DNA of 64,000 nt from Promethearchaeota archaeon (GCA_019058365.1 JAHPZE010000008.1:1-64000); one strand, 5' to 3'. Shown: positions 40,859 to 51,501, counted from the first letter of the stretch. Notes: generated from the sequence alone by a model not told the origin. Numbers and translations are program-made.

Positions 40859-41251
40859 TTGAAGGTGATTAATATAGTTCTTGAATTAATTGCTTCATTA
40901 TATACAATTATAATAGGAATCACAATGCTCGGTATGTGGTTTCTTTTATTAATAAAGAGAGAAGTACCAGACCTTAAAACCAAACCAACTCAAATATTTT
41001 TTCACTTAGTTGCTGAATTTCTTACAGCTGTTATGCTAATAATCGGAGGAATTGGATTTATAATGAATCAACCTTGGGGTATGGCTATATTCTTTATAGC
41101 TATTGGAATGGTAATCTATTCTACGATAAACGCAGCAGGATTTTATGGGCAATTAAAAGATTGGCCCATGTTTATTATATTAATAGTGTTTACCATTTTT
41201 TCTCTTTTAATTACATCTATGATATTACTTATTGAATTCCATATATTATGA
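40859..41251 (+). CDS. Small 4-TM membrane protein
   Basis: Four hydrophobic helices; FHLVAEFLTA. Confidence 0.7.
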   Translation: MKVINIVLELIASLYTIIIGITMLGMWFLLLIKREVPDLKTKPTQIFFHLVAEFLTAVMLIIGGIGFIMNQPWGMAIFFIAIGMVIYSTINAAGFYGQLKDWPMFIILIVFTIFSLLITSMILLIEFHIL

Positions 41252-41258
41252 TAAAAAC

Positions 41259-42473
41259 TTAAATAATTCCCTTTTTTTTGAAGTCTCGAATGTCAATGTC
41301 TAAATAGCCAAGGTTTCTAAGTATCTCTTTTGTATGTTGTCCAATTTTTGGAGCAAGATTTCTGATTTTTAAAGGAGTTCGTGAATAATTTATAGGTGAA
41401 GCCACATTTTGGATATTTCCAAACTTGGGATGCTCCAATTCTAAGATCATATTACGTGCCTTAATCTGAGGGTCATTACAAGCCTCAGCAAATGAATTTA
41501 CTGGCATAACACATGCATCTAAAGTTTTAAAAATATCCATCCATTCCATTTGAGTTTTTTGTAAAAATTCTTTTTGTAACTCTTTAAACAGATCTTCTCT
41601 TTCTTTTCCTTTAACAAATTGTTTTGGTTTTAAATCCTCACGTTCAAGACCTTCACAGAATTCTCGCCAGAATTTAAATTCAACAATACCAACGGATAAA
41701 AATTTGTTATCTTTTGTTTTATAAACATTATAAAAAGGAAAATCACCATGTAGGGGATTTTGGGTTTCGACGCCGTCATTTAAATTCTTGGAAAAATGAA
41801 ATGCAGCTACAAGAGGCATAAAAGAAAACACACAATCTGTCATTGATATATCAATAAATTGTCCCTTTCTATCAGGACTCTTCTCTCTTTCAATTATTGC
41901 GCCTAAAATCCCTATAGCTGATACTAATCCACCCCCAATATCAGCAACTTGAACACCTGGATTCAACGGTTTTCTATCCTTATTATTGTTATCATATACA
42001 GCTCGTTCTTTATTTAAATCCAATATCCCACATATTCCTATATAATTGAGATCGTGACCTGCAATTTGCTCGTAAGGTCCATATTGACCATATCCTGTCA
42101 AGGAACAGCAAATTATTGATGGATTAATTGAAGCTAATGTATCATAATCAATTTTCAATTTAGATGTTACCTTAGGTCTAAAAGTATCAAGAACAACGTC
42201 AGATTTTTTAACTAATTCATAAAAAATCTCTCTTGCTTTTTCCTTTTTAAAGTTAAGTGTAATAGATTGTTTATTTCTATTAAGAATAAAATTAAAAGCA
42301 CTTTCACGATCTCTTCCTTTTTGAAAGAATGGAGGTGGATGTCCATAGGGGTAATAAGGATCTTCTATTTTAATGACATTAGCACCAAGATCAGCAAGTA
42401 TCATTGAACAATATGGTCCAGGTAGCATTCTCGTTAGATCTAATACAACTTTCCCTTCTAAAGGTAATGACAT
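41259..42473 (-). CDS. Family III CoA-transferase (CaiB/BaiF; AMACR-like)
   Basis: PLEGKVVLDLTRMLPGPYC, LADLGA, NRNKQSI, LTGYGQYGPY, AGHDLNY. Confidence 0.92.
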   Translation of the reverse strand: MSLPLEGKVVLDLTRMLPGPYCSMILADLGANVIKIEDPYYPYGHPPPFFQKGRDRESAFNFILNRNKQSITLNFKKEKAREIFYELVKKSDVVLDTFRPKVTSKLKIDYDTLASINPSIICCSLTGYGQYGPYEQIAGHDLNYIGICGILDLNKERAVYDNNNKDRKPLNPGVQVADIGGGLVSAIGILGAIIEREKSPDRKGQFIDISMTDCVFSFMPLVAAFHFSKNLNDGVETQNPLHGDFPFYNVYKTKDNKFLSVGIVEFKFWREFCEGLEREDLKPKQFVKGKEREDLFKELQKEFLQKTQMEWMDIFKTLDACVMPVNSFAEACNDPQIKARNMILELEHPKFGNIQNVASPINYSRTPLKIRNLAPKIGQHTKEILRNLGYLDIDIRDFKKKGII

Positions 42474-42554
42474 AATATTAAAAAAAATAGATAAAATAAA
42501 AGTATAGAGGAAAAGTTTGAGATTATAGAAATGTATATCTTTATTTAATATTAT

Positions 42555-43958
42555 TTAGCGAAAATAAGTTTTTTTACTTCTTTGTATCCATTTAATATCT
42601 CCTAACCTACTTAATTTAAATATTTCATATTCATTATTATTCCAGATAACAATCCAAGAGGAGTCTGTAAAAAAATCTACATGATTGTTAGCATTACTTA
42701 TTTCTTCAATAATGGACTGTGAATCAAATTTTTTATGGATAAATTTGATGTCTCTTACATTAATTGAAGGAATCTTTAATTTCTCTGGGTAAATATCCCA
42801 TAAAGAATTCGGAATAAAGACTCCTTCAGCATTTTTGATATCAAGCACTTTAATATGTTTCAATATATCTGTATTTGCAATATCTGGGATCTGATTAAAT
42901 CCTATATATAGATGTTGTAATTTCTTTAATTTTTCCAACCCCTTAACATCTATTATTTTATTATTTCGAATATCTAAAAATTTTAATTTACATAGATTTT
43001 CTAATCCGTTTATTTCATCTATTTCATTATGACTTATATCCAGAAATTCTAATCTGTTAAGATTTTCTAACCCTTTAATTTCAGAGATTTGATTATTACT
43101 AAGATCTAGCCTTTTTAAATTAGAAAGTTTTTTAAGACCTTTAATTTCAGAGATTTGATTATTACGTAGGTTTAATACTTCTAGGTTCGAAAGATTTTCT
43201 AAATTTTCAATCTCAGAAATGTTATTATCAAATAGTAGTAAAGATTTCAAGTTTGATAGACCACTAATTCCTTCTATTTTAGAGATCTCATTATTATTTA
43301 AGTACAAAGACTCAAGTTTTTTTAATTTAGATAAATCATTAATTTTAACGACCTTATTCCCTTGTAAATGTAAATATCTTAACTCTTTTAGTGTCTCCAA
43401 GCCTTTAATTTCAGAAATTTGATTATAGTTGAGATAAATTTTTTTTAATTCTGTTAAACTTTCTAAATTTTTGATTTTCTCAATCTTATCGATGTTCTTA
43501 TTATTGAGATTAATGATAATATTAGATTCTGAAGGAAAAATTATATTTCCTTTGAAATTAACATATTGTTTGATTTTTAAAACTGATTTTAATTTATCAT
43601 TTGCACTTTTTTCCAAGGATTTTATTATCGAAAAAAGAAAATTATTTGTTTTATCATGTTTCAACACCCATACTATTGGTTTGACTGCTTTTTCCGGAAA
43701 ATTAAAAATTAGAACGTTAGCAGCCTGTTCCCGCATTTGTTCATTCAAATCCGAAATTAATATATTCTCAAGAAAGTCAAAAATTTTTTTTTCATTCGGA
43801 TGTATTAACCCTAAAAATTTAATTCCTAATATTCTAGTTTTTTCTTCATATTCATGATAATCCTCAATTATTGAGATTAATAAATCTGAAGCTCTTTTTT
43901 TATCTATTTTTCTGTTTTTAAAATTTTCATAAATCTTATAAGGTGATAGTTCCATCAT
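42555..43958 (-). CDS. HEAT-like N-terminus + SDS22-type LRR protein
   Basis: About 10 22-aa repeats LxxLxLxxNxIxxIxGLxxL; helical N-terminal repeats. Confidence 0.9.
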   Translation of the reverse strand: MMELSPYKIYENFKNRKIDKKRASDLLISIIEDYHEYEEKTRILGIKFLGLIHPNEKKIFDFLENILISDLNEQMREQAANVLIFNFPEKAVKPIVWVLKHDKTNNFLFSIIKSLEKSANDKLKSVLKIKQYVNFKGNIIFPSESNIIINLNNKNIDKIEKIKNLESLTELKKIYLNYNQISEIKGLETLKELRYLHLQGNKVVKINDLSKLKKLESLYLNNNEISKIEGISGLSNLKSLLLFDNNISEIENLENLSNLEVLNLRNNQISEIKGLKKLSNLKRLDLSNNQISEIKGLENLNRLEFLDISHNEIDEINGLENLCKLKFLDIRNNKIIDVKGLEKLKKLQHLYIGFNQIPDIANTDILKHIKVLDIKNAEGVFIPNSLWDIYPEKLKIPSINVRDIKFIHKKFDSQSIIEEISNANNHVDFFTDSSWIVIWNNNEYEIFKLSRLGDIKWIQRSKKTYFR

Positions 43959-44080
43959 CAGATAGCGAGATTCATGAGTTTAAATAAAGATATGATATCA
44001 ATTTTAATACAATTTTATATAAATGATTGGATAAATAAAACTTATTATTATAATTAAAAATAAAAAAAATTAATTGAATT

Positions 44081-44593
44081 CTATAATTCAATTATTTCAG
44101 ATTCCATTTTATCAGTATCTATAATTGCAAAGGTCGCTCTTCCCGTTAAATAACCACATAATTCACCAGGATTAACAATTAAAATACCATTTTCTAGTTT
44201 TTTATTTGATAAAGAATGTGTATGACCAGATAAAATTATGTCAAAATGTCCTGAATTTGCCAAAGCTTCGATCGTTTTTTGTTTTGGCATATGAGATACA
44301 AAGATTCTTTTTCCTCCTAATTCTAAAATCATTTCATTGCCATTTTCAGCAAATTCACATATTTGTCCCAAATTTTGTTTTAAAAATAATTTCTCTCCAT
44401 CGTTATTCCCAAAAACACCATAAAAATTTTTTTTTATCGTATTATTTAACTTATCAAACCATCTCTTTACGAATGGAGCCACATAATCTCCACAATGAAT
44501 AAGTGCATCCACATTTCTTTCATTTATTATAGATACTGCTTTCAATATATTATTCATATGATCATGACTATCTGATAAAACTGCTAACTTCAT
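44081..44593 (-). CDS. YfcE/MJ0936-family metallophosphoesterase
   Basis: SDSHD, HCGD, GNND, SH, GHTH, NPG. Confidence 0.92.
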   Translation of the reverse strand: MKLAVLSDSHDHMNNILKAVSIINERNVDALIHCGDYVAPFVKRWFDKLNNTIKKNFYGVFGNNDGEKLFLKQNLGQICEFAENGNEMILELGGKRIFVSHMPKQKTIEALANSGHFDIILSGHTHSLSNKKLENGILIVNPGELCGYLTGRATFAIIDTDKMESEIIEL

Positions 44594-44684
44594 CGTCTTT
44601 AGTTTAAAATTTAATTGAATTAGATATAATTAAATTACATTATTATATGTTTTATATTAATAATGAACTTTTTGTGAATTAGTT

Positions 44685-45758
44685 ATGATCGAAGATTTCT
44701 TTAAAACAGAAATAACCTTTGTTAACAATGAATTGAAGAAATATTTTAATCAATTATACAAAATAGAAAAAGACATACTTCTTCAAGATTTTATAACTCA
44801 ATTAGAGAAATTTATTTTAAATGAGAAAGCAAAGAGAATTCATCCAATTCTGTTAACAGCTGCTTTTGCTGGAATTGTAAATCCCATGTATTTAGAAGAT
44901 CAAATGAATCAAATTCGCGAAGTATCCATAGCAGTTGAATTATTACATAATGGACACTTAATTCATGATGATCTTTTAGATGACGATATGGTGAGAAGAG
45001 GTAAACCTACTTTCCATATACAATTAAAGAATGAATTAGAACAGGTTTATAAAGATATTGATCTCCTAAAAAAAGATGAAATAGGTGGATTGTATGGAAG
45101 AGATATGTCAATTTTGGGTGGAACGCAAGGATATCTCTTAGGTTTGGATATATTAAAATCTTCTAAATTTCCAGAACAATTAAAACTATTAGCAATTAAC
45201 GAGTATACAAACGCAATGGACTATTTATTGAAAGGACAATTAATAGAAGAGTACATGAGTTATAATAATATTACTATGACATTAGAACAATATTTAAATA
45301 TTGCGGAGTGCCAAAGAGCAAGAATATTCGAGAAATCTACAAAAATTGGAGCTATTTTAGCTAAAGGAAATCTTCATTATCAAATAAAACCTTTAAGTGA
45401 TGCTATGTTAAGTATAGGACAAGCTCATTCTATTCGTGATGACATTCTTGATTTAGAAAAAGATATTAGAGGGAAAATGAAAAAAATATTATATATTTTA
45501 GCTATTAGCAATACGGATGAAGACCAATCTAAAAGAATGAATGAAATATATCATAAAGATAAATTAACTAAGAATGATATTGAAGAAGTTAAAGATATAT
45601 TTACTAAAACCAATGCTTTAATGATCGCGGAGCACTTAGCTAAAAATCTAGTAGAGCAATCTAAAAATACCTTAAAAGATATTTATCCCGATTTAAACAA
45701 AGAACAAAAAAAATTCTTTAACGAATTTTCAGATTTTGTGATTCAAAGAGATTACTAA
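44685..45758 (+). CDS. Polyprenyl diphosphate synthase (GGPP synthase-like)
   Basis: KRIHP, ELLH...IHDDLLDDDMVRRGKPT, GQ, RDDILD. Confidence 0.88.
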   Translation: MIEDFFKTEITFVNNELKKYFNQLYKIEKDILLQDFITQLEKFILNEKAKRIHPILLTAAFAGIVNPMYLEDQMNQIREVSIAVELLHNGHLIHDDLLDDDMVRRGKPTFHIQLKNELEQVYKDIDLLKKDEIGGLYGRDMSILGGTQGYLLGLDILKSSKFPEQLKLLAINEYTNAMDYLLKGQLIEEYMSYNNITMTLEQYLNIAECQRARIFEKSTKIGAILAKGNLHYQIKPLSDAMLSIGQAHSIRDDILDLEKDIRGKMKKILYILAISNTDEDQSKRMNEIYHKDKLTKNDIEEVKDIFTKTNALMIAEHLAKNLVEQSKNTLKDIYPDLNKEQKKFFNEFSDFVIQRDY

Positions 45759-45774
45759 AAAATTGCTTCCGATT

Positions 45775-46371
45775 TTACACAACAATATATGGTTTATGTT
45801 GTCTTTTTAACATCAAATTATTTAACTCTTTAAAAACCTCTAAAACATTATGATTCTTTAAAGCAGATGTTTTATAAAATCCTTCTAATTTTCTCTCTTT
45901 TACATAGTTGTAAATTAATTCCTCAACAATAATTTCAGAATCGGGTGTATTATCTATTAGATCGCTTTTACTTCCAACTAAAAGAATAGGAATCTTTGAA
46001 TCGACAGCATTCTCAATTAATTTATCATACCAGAAATCTAACTGATGAAAGGAGGGGTAGTTAACTAAATCGAATACCAATAAGGCTCCATTAGCACCTT
46101 CTATAAATTTAGGAATCAATGGGACAAATCTTTCTTGTCCTCCAAAATCAAAAATGGAATTAACTATATAATTCTCTTTCAATATTTCAGATTCTTTTTC
46201 TGTATTAATCTCTAAATATACAGAATGAAAATTTATCCCAATTGTCGGGGATGTGTCAAAATTGAATGAATTAAAACAATATCTGTTAAATAAACATGTC
46301 TTGCCCACTGAACTGGCGCCACATATTACTATTTTAAAACTAAATACTATATCTTTTCGATCATAACCCAT
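45775..46371 (-). CDS. Rab-like small GTPase
   Basis: G1 GASSVGKT, G2 PTIG, G3 DFGGQERF, G4 SKSD, G5 TSA. Confidence 0.92.
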   Translation of the reverse strand: MGYDRKDIVFSFKIVICGASSVGKTCLFNRYCFNSFNFDTSPTIGINFHSVYLEINTEKESEILKENYIVNSIFDFGGQERFVPLIPKFIEGANGALLVFDLVNYPSFHQLDFWYDKLIENAVDSKIPILLVGSKSDLIDNTPDSEIIVEELIYNYVKERKLEGFYKTSALKNHNVLEVFKELNNLMLKRQHKPYIVV

Positions 46372-46569
46372 AGATTCATATTCTCTTTAATTATTTTAAA
46401 TTCAATTCAATTTTATTATGATTTACCAAATAAAATTATTTAACAACAGATTTAATTGAGAAAATTATGTGAACCTTAAATAATTTGCTTGAAATGTCGA
46501 TACTCTATACTATTAATAAGAGTTTCAAAAGTGGAAAATGTTGATACTTTTTAATTTAATAAAATATAT

Positions 46570-48162
46570 TTAAGATCCGACTGCTTGCCCATCTTTACGC
46601 CAGTCTGATGCTCCCAGATAACCATTTTCAAATTTATATATTATTTGGGCTCCTCCAAATTTATAGAAGCGCTCTTTAGATACTTGATGTCCTAGTCTTG
46701 ATAGATCTTTATAGATATTATTTTCAAATCCCGTTTCAAGGATTACTTTAAGATCATCCATTACTCTCCAACGAGGGGCATCTATTGCCGTTTGTGGATT
46801 TTGACCGTACTGAAATATCCTAATCATCATTTGAGCATGCCCCTGTGGTTGCATTGACCCGCCCATTACGCCAAATGACATTAAGGGCTCTCGATTTTTT
46901 GTTACAAATGCCGGAATTATTGTATGAAAAGGCCTCTTATTCGGACCTATTTGATTTGGGTGACCTTCGATTAAATTAAAACCTCTCGCTCGATTTTGAA
47001 GACTTATTCCAGTTCCGGGAATAACAATTCCAGACCCAAAATTCTCATAATTTGATTGTATATATGAAACCATCATTCCATCAGCATCAGCAGCAGTTAA
47101 ATATACAGTATCACCAAATTTTGGTATACCTGCATCATACTGTTTAGCTGTATTAAAATTAATCAAATTAGCTCTTTCACTTAAATAGCTTGGTTTTAAT
47201 AGAAAAGAAGGATCAAACTCTAAAGTTGTGGGATCAGATATATATCTATAAGCATCAGCAAATGCTAATTTCATCGCTTCGATTTGTAAATGTAAGCATT
47301 CTGGTGAATCCGATTCATAAGCACTTAAATCGAAATTTTTTAAAATTCCTAACATAATTAAAGCTGCTAATCCCTGTCCATTAGGAGGTATTTCATGAAG
47401 AGTAACTCCATTATATTCTGTTGTAAGAGTTTCTTCCCATGTTGCCTTATGATTTTCTAGATCATCAAGTGTAATTAAACCTCCTGTATTTTTAGCATAT
47501 TCTACTATTTTTTTAGCTAAAACTCCACTGTAAAAAGCTTCTCCCTTCGTTTCTGCAATAAGTCTTAATGTTTTTCCTTGAGCGGGAAAATTAAAAAGTT
47601 CACCAGGTTTTGGTGCTTTTCCATTAGGCATGAAAGATTTATGGAAATCAGGGAATGATCGTCGTTTAAACTGCTTTGAGAGAAAAGGCCATATTTCTGC
47701 TACAATTGGTGAAACTAAAAATCCATTTTCTGCATATTTAATAGCAGGCTGAAATAATTCTTTAAATTCTAGTTGCCCATATTTCTTCGAAAGCTCAACC
47801 CATGCTGAAACTGCTCCTGGTATGGTTACAGAATCCCATCCGTTTACAGGTATTGAATTATAGTGTGAAAAATGTTCTGGTGTCCATGCTGATGGTGATC
47901 TACCAGATGCGTTTAAGCTAATAACATTCCTACCATCCCACAAAACTGTAAAAGCATCACTACCTATCCCATTAGAAGTGGGTTCTACGACAGTTAATGT
48001 GATTGCAGAAGCAATAGCCGCATCTACAGCATTTCCTCCTTTTAAAATCATTTGAAGTCCTGCTTGTGAAGCTAAAGGTTGGGACGTTGCCACTATATTA
48101 TTTGCTAAAATAGGCATTCGTTTGGAAGGATATTTAAAATCCCAATTGAATATATTATTCAA
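46570..48162 (-). CDS. ggt: Gamma-glutamyltransferase family protein
   Basis: GGNAVDAAIA, NASGRSP, EIPPNGQG, nucleophile GDTVYL, KRPFHTIIP, GVMGGSMQPQG, DWRKDG. Confidence 0.93.
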   Translation of the reverse strand: MNNIFNWDFKYPSKRMPILANNIVATSQPLASQAGLQMILKGGNAVDAAIASAITLTVVEPTSNGIGSDAFTVLWDGRNVISLNASGRSPSAWTPEHFSHYNSIPVNGWDSVTIPGAVSAWVELSKKYGQLEFKELFQPAIKYAENGFLVSPIVAEIWPFLSKQFKRRSFPDFHKSFMPNGKAPKPGELFNFPAQGKTLRLIAETKGEAFYSGVLAKKIVEYAKNTGGLITLDDLENHKATWEETLTTEYNGVTLHEIPPNGQGLAALIMLGILKNFDLSAYESDSPECLHLQIEAMKLAFADAYRYISDPTTLEFDPSFLLKPSYLSERANLINFNTAKQYDAGIPKFGDTVYLTAADADGMMVSYIQSNYENFGSGIVIPGTGISLQNRARGFNLIEGHPNQIGPNKRPFHTIIPAFVTKNREPLMSFGVMGGSMQPQGHAQMMIRIFQYGQNPQTAIDAPRWRVMDDLKVILETGFENNIYKDLSRLGHQVSKERFYKFGGAQIIYKFENGYLGASDWRKDGQAVGS

Positions 48163-48283
48163 AATTACTCTCCTTTTCCAATGATTAACTTCTTGTAAAA
48201 TATAATGATAATATCTAAAAATCTATTTTGATTTAATAAAATAGTAAGTGTGATATTGCAATTTTTAAAGATAGATAGTAAAA

Positions 48284-49198
48284 ATGTTTATGACAACTAA
48301 AATCCCTCCTTCAGAAATAGTCATTAGACCTCCAGTAGAAGCTTATTCAGTTTTAATACCTGTAACTGGTGGCTGTTCGTGGAATAAATGTCGTTTTTGT
48401 GGCACATATAAAGGTGTTTATGGTGTTACTCAAGATTATGCTATACGATCCTTAGAAGATGTTAAAAAAGATATTGATAAATATGCTCAATCGAATTATC
48501 ATGGATTTCCGGTTTTTTTAGCGGGAGGGAATCCTACTTCGGCACCAACCGGATACTTAGCCGAAATCATTAAATATGTAAGAGTTAAGTTAAGAAATGT
48601 TCCTCGAGTAAGTTGTTATGCTAAATCATTAGATATTCTAAAAAAGTCTGATGAAGAATTAAAAACATTAGCTAATGCAGGATTAGATATTGTTTATATG
48701 GGCTTAGAAAGTGGTTCAAATACAATATTAAGAATTATGAAAAAAGGAACTAATGCTGAATCTATGATAAAAGCAGGAAAGAAAATTTTAAAAGCTGGAA
48801 TTAAATTATCATTATACATCATTCTAGGGTTAGGTAGTCACAAATATTCAGAAGAGCATGTGAAAGAAACTGCTAGAGTGTTAACTGAAATTAACCCAAC
48901 CATTTTTCGGTTCCGAACTTTAAATATTTTGCCTGGGACTCCTCTTTGGGATGAATGGAAATCTGGAGTATTTGAGTTATTGAGCCCTTTAGAGAATATA
49001 AAAGAAGAAAGGGACATCATAGCTAATCTAGGTGAAAATGTTACTTCTCAAGTCTTTAACGACCATGTATCTAATTATTGTACAATAGAATCTTCAAATA
49101 TAAAAGAAGATCGAAATATGTTTATAAAAACATTAGATTCTTTTATTAATGACCCAAGAATCCAAAAGATGGAAAGAAAAAACTTAATAAGAATGTGA
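48284..49198 (+). CDS. Radical SAM protein (paralog of 30537-31460)
   Basis: CSWNKCRFC; RPPVEAYS, YMGLESG, DHVSNY. Confidence 0.9.
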   Translation: MFMTTKIPPSEIVIRPPVEAYSVLIPVTGGCSWNKCRFCGTYKGVYGVTQDYAIRSLEDVKKDIDKYAQSNYHGFPVFLAGGNPTSAPTGYLAEIIKYVRVKLRNVPRVSCYAKSLDILKKSDEELKTLANAGLDIVYMGLESGSNTILRIMKKGTNAESMIKAGKKILKAGIKLSLYIILGLGSHKYSEEHVKETARVLTEINPTIFRFRTLNILPGTPLWDEWKSGVFELLSPLENIKEERDIIANLGENVTSQVFNDHVSNYCTIESSNIKEDRNMFIKTLDSFINDPRIQKMERKNLIRM

Positions 49199-49229
49199 TT
49201 GTTTGAGGATAGAGCTAAAAACGTCTATT

Positions 49230-50306
49230 TCAACCTTCAAGAACTTTATCCAACGTATCAATGAAAATCTTATAATTAGATATTGAGTCTATAAGGAACT
49301 CATTTATTTTGTAAATCCGGGTATAGCCATTTAATATTTCCAAATTATTTTTATTATCTTCTAATTCTACTCTCATTTTTTTTAACATATCATTCCATTT
49401 TGCAAATCTATTAATCACTGATCTAGAGAATTTTAATAGGATCATTCCTGCGGATTCAGCACCATATGTAATCTTGCCTTTAGGTGAAATCTCTGATTTT
49501 TCTACTAATCCATTTTCTAAGAGTAAATTGACTTCTTCAGAAATCTTCCCTACAGATAAACCTGTGATCTTTTGTATAGTTTTTTGGGTAAGATATTTTC
49601 TTGTAATAAAATATCCGAGAATCCTAATAAACATAGGATCTCGACTTGAAAACATAGGAGATACTGCGAGTTGATTTAACATATCTTCCTCAACTAAATA
49701 AACTTCTGGGTCAAAAGAAATCTTTTTCACTTCTTCTTCCCTTTTTGTCAATTTGAAATATTTTGAAGCTATTTCTTCTGTTGTTTCATTAGTTGAATTT
49801 TTTACCACTAATGGGAATAAAATTTTATAAATTTCAAAAGTTTCAAGCAATTCATCAATTCTTCTTGAAAGATGTTGTGCTCCTTTTTTAGATTGTTCTA
49901 TTAATTTTATTAATTCTTCTTTTTTATTTTTCAAATAAGTTCCTAAAGGATCAAAAGAACTCAATGCGATTTCAATCCCTTTAGTCGTAAGATCTTCAAG
50001 TTTTCCAGTAAATGAATATGTAAATGTATGAGTATGAGGAATACGTTCTTTTTGAAAAACTCCTGTACCCGTCATAACTGATAGAAATGTAGAAATTAAG
50101 CCCATCGAAAACCCAGTTAACTCTTTTAATTCTTTCTGAGATAACTTTTCATGAATTAAGAGATAAGAGGAAATTGTTGATATCTTGGGATTAACATGTT
50201 TACTTTTAGCAATATCCAAGAGTAATTCCACAAGGTTATCTTCATATTTTCGTAGTTTATCACTGAAAAGGTGACTATTAGTTTCAGTATCTTCTTCAAT
50301 AGTCAT
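49230..50306 (-). CDS. Tandem double wHTH (GbsR/MarR-like) regulator
   Basis: Two copies of L(S/T)QKx(L/I)xx(L/I)TG(F/L)SxGxIS. Confidence 0.85.
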   Translation of the reverse strand: MTIEEDTETNSHLFSDKLRKYEDNLVELLLDIAKSKHVNPKISTISSYLLIHEKLSQKELKELTGFSMGLISTFLSVMTGTGVFQKERIPHTHTFTYSFTGKLEDLTTKGIEIALSSFDPLGTYLKNKKEELIKLIEQSKKGAQHLSRRIDELLETFEIYKILFPLVVKNSTNETTEEIASKYFKLTKREEEVKKISFDPEVYLVEEDMLNQLAVSPMFSSRDPMFIRILGYFITRKYLTQKTIQKITGLSVGKISEEVNLLLENGLVEKSEISPKGKITYGAESAGMILLKFSRSVINRFAKWNDMLKKMRVELEDNKNNLEILNGYTRIYKINEFLIDSISNYKIFIDTLDKVLEG

Positions 50307-50344
50307 TTCTTAACTAAATATAGGTTAGGAATCTATTTAAATGT

Positions 50345-50360
50345 TTTCATGAAATTTGAA
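50345..50360. promoter_or_regulatory. Palindromic operator candidate TTTCATGAAA
   Basis: Perfect 10-bp palindrome about 40 bp upstream of the 50306 start; core shared with the 51512 and 51573 sites. Confidence 0.55.
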
Positions 50361-50431
50361 ACTTAAAAATTAGTTATTAAAAAAAATAAAATTAAAGATT
50401 ATTTAGGATTAAGGTCAATAAATAAATGGAA

Positions 50432-50950
50432 TTATTTTTTTTTTTCTTTTTTATATTTATTTTTAAGATCTTCCCAAAGGTTTATTACAGCCTTATATCC
50501 AGAAAATCTCATTAAATTTACATCAATAAAATCCTTTATTTCATTATATCCATTTAAATTTTGAAGTTCTTCTCTATTAATTACCAAATCATTTTTCATT
50601 TCGAGGAATTTTGCCTCCCATTTGATATTTGTTTTCAAGAGGCTAATTGCTCTACTAAAGGTTTCTGCGACAACTGATTCCATAGAGTAAATCCATGGTT
50701 TTGATTTTTTAGAAATCTTTATTAAATTAAACTCCAGAAAATTATTAAGCTCTTGAGAAATTTTTCCCGCAGAAAAGCCTGTTAAGTTTTGGAGTTCAGA
50801 TTGAGTTAAATCCTTTCGAGTTATAAAATAGAAAAGTATTTTTGAAGCTATCTCACCCCGAACAGAAAAAACAGTATACTTTAATAATGTTTTAAATATC
50901 TCACTCTCTATCTTTTTAATTTCAGGGTCAAATTTCTCTTCTTTTTTCAT
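50432..50950 (-). CDS. GbsR/MarR-like wHTH regulator
   Basis: LTQSELQNLTGFSAGKISQEL; begins DPEI..IE like domain 2 of 49230-50306. Confidence 0.85.
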   Translation of the reverse strand: MKKEEKFDPEIKKIESEIFKTLLKYTVFSVRGEIASKILFYFITRKDLTQSELQNLTGFSAGKISQELNNFLEFNLIKISKKSKPWIYSMESVVAETFSRAISLLKTNIKWEAKFLEMKNDLVINREELQNLNGYNEIKDFIDVNLMRFSGYKAVINLWEDLKNKYKKEKKK

Positions 50951-51471
50951 TGTAGATTTTCGTTATTTTTTTGTTTAAATATGAATTCTATATCAGACCA
51001 GATATTTTGAACAGTTTCAAAAGTTTCTGTTAAGCTTTGTATTCGTTCGGAAAGAAACTCCGCTCCTTTCTTATCTTTATTTTTCTCTATGTCAATAATC
51101 TTTTTTTTAAGAAATTCATTAATTTTTATGAATTCCTCTAGTGTTGCATCAGCAGTATCTCCGTATTTTTCGGGGGCATTTAAGTATAAATATTTATTTG
51201 TTTTTGGAATTTTTTCCTTTCTTATAACACCAAGCTCTAATATCTCTCTTAATTTTTTTGAGATTGTACCTGCAGAGAGATTTGTCAAATCTTTTAACTG
51301 TTTCTGAGTTAAATTTTTATGTATTCCAATATAACCAAGAATTAATTGGAGATTTGGATCAATACTCTTCGCTCTACCAGAATCTAACACAAATTCAATT
51401 AATATTTGCTCATATTCTTTAATCTTTCCCTGGAATATATGTTTTCTAGGCAAAAATTTCTTATCTATCAT
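50947..51471 (-). CDS. GbsR/MarR-like wHTH regulator
   Basis: LTQKQLKDLTNLSAGTISKKL; ATGA overlap with the next gene. Confidence 0.85.
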   Translation of the reverse strand: MIDKKFLPRKHIFQGKIKEYEQILIEFVLDSGRAKSIDPNLQLILGYIGIHKNLTQKQLKDLTNLSAGTISKKLREILELGVIRKEKIPKTNKYLYLNAPEKYGDTADATLEEFIKINEFLKKKIIDIEKNKDKKGAEFLSERIQSLTETFETVQNIWSDIEFIFKQKNNENLQ

Positions 51472-51501
51472 TCCTTAATATGATTAATGTGCAAACAACT
51501 A

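Noticed and set aside
43074-43164. 25-bp repeats at 66-bp spacing resembling a CRISPR array
   Set aside because: They are codons of consecutive 22-aa LRR units within an ORF; no cas genes
44081-44593. Vps29/retromer assignment
   Set aside because: Full metal-binding motif set of ordinary YfcE/MJ0936 phosphoesterases; no Vps26/Vps35-like neighbours
44685-46371. Prenyl synthase next to a Rab-like GTPase as a proto-prenylation system
   Set aside because: The GTPase has no C-terminal Cys, the genes are convergent, and no protein prenyltransferase is present; the synthase is explained by isoprenoid/lipid synthesis
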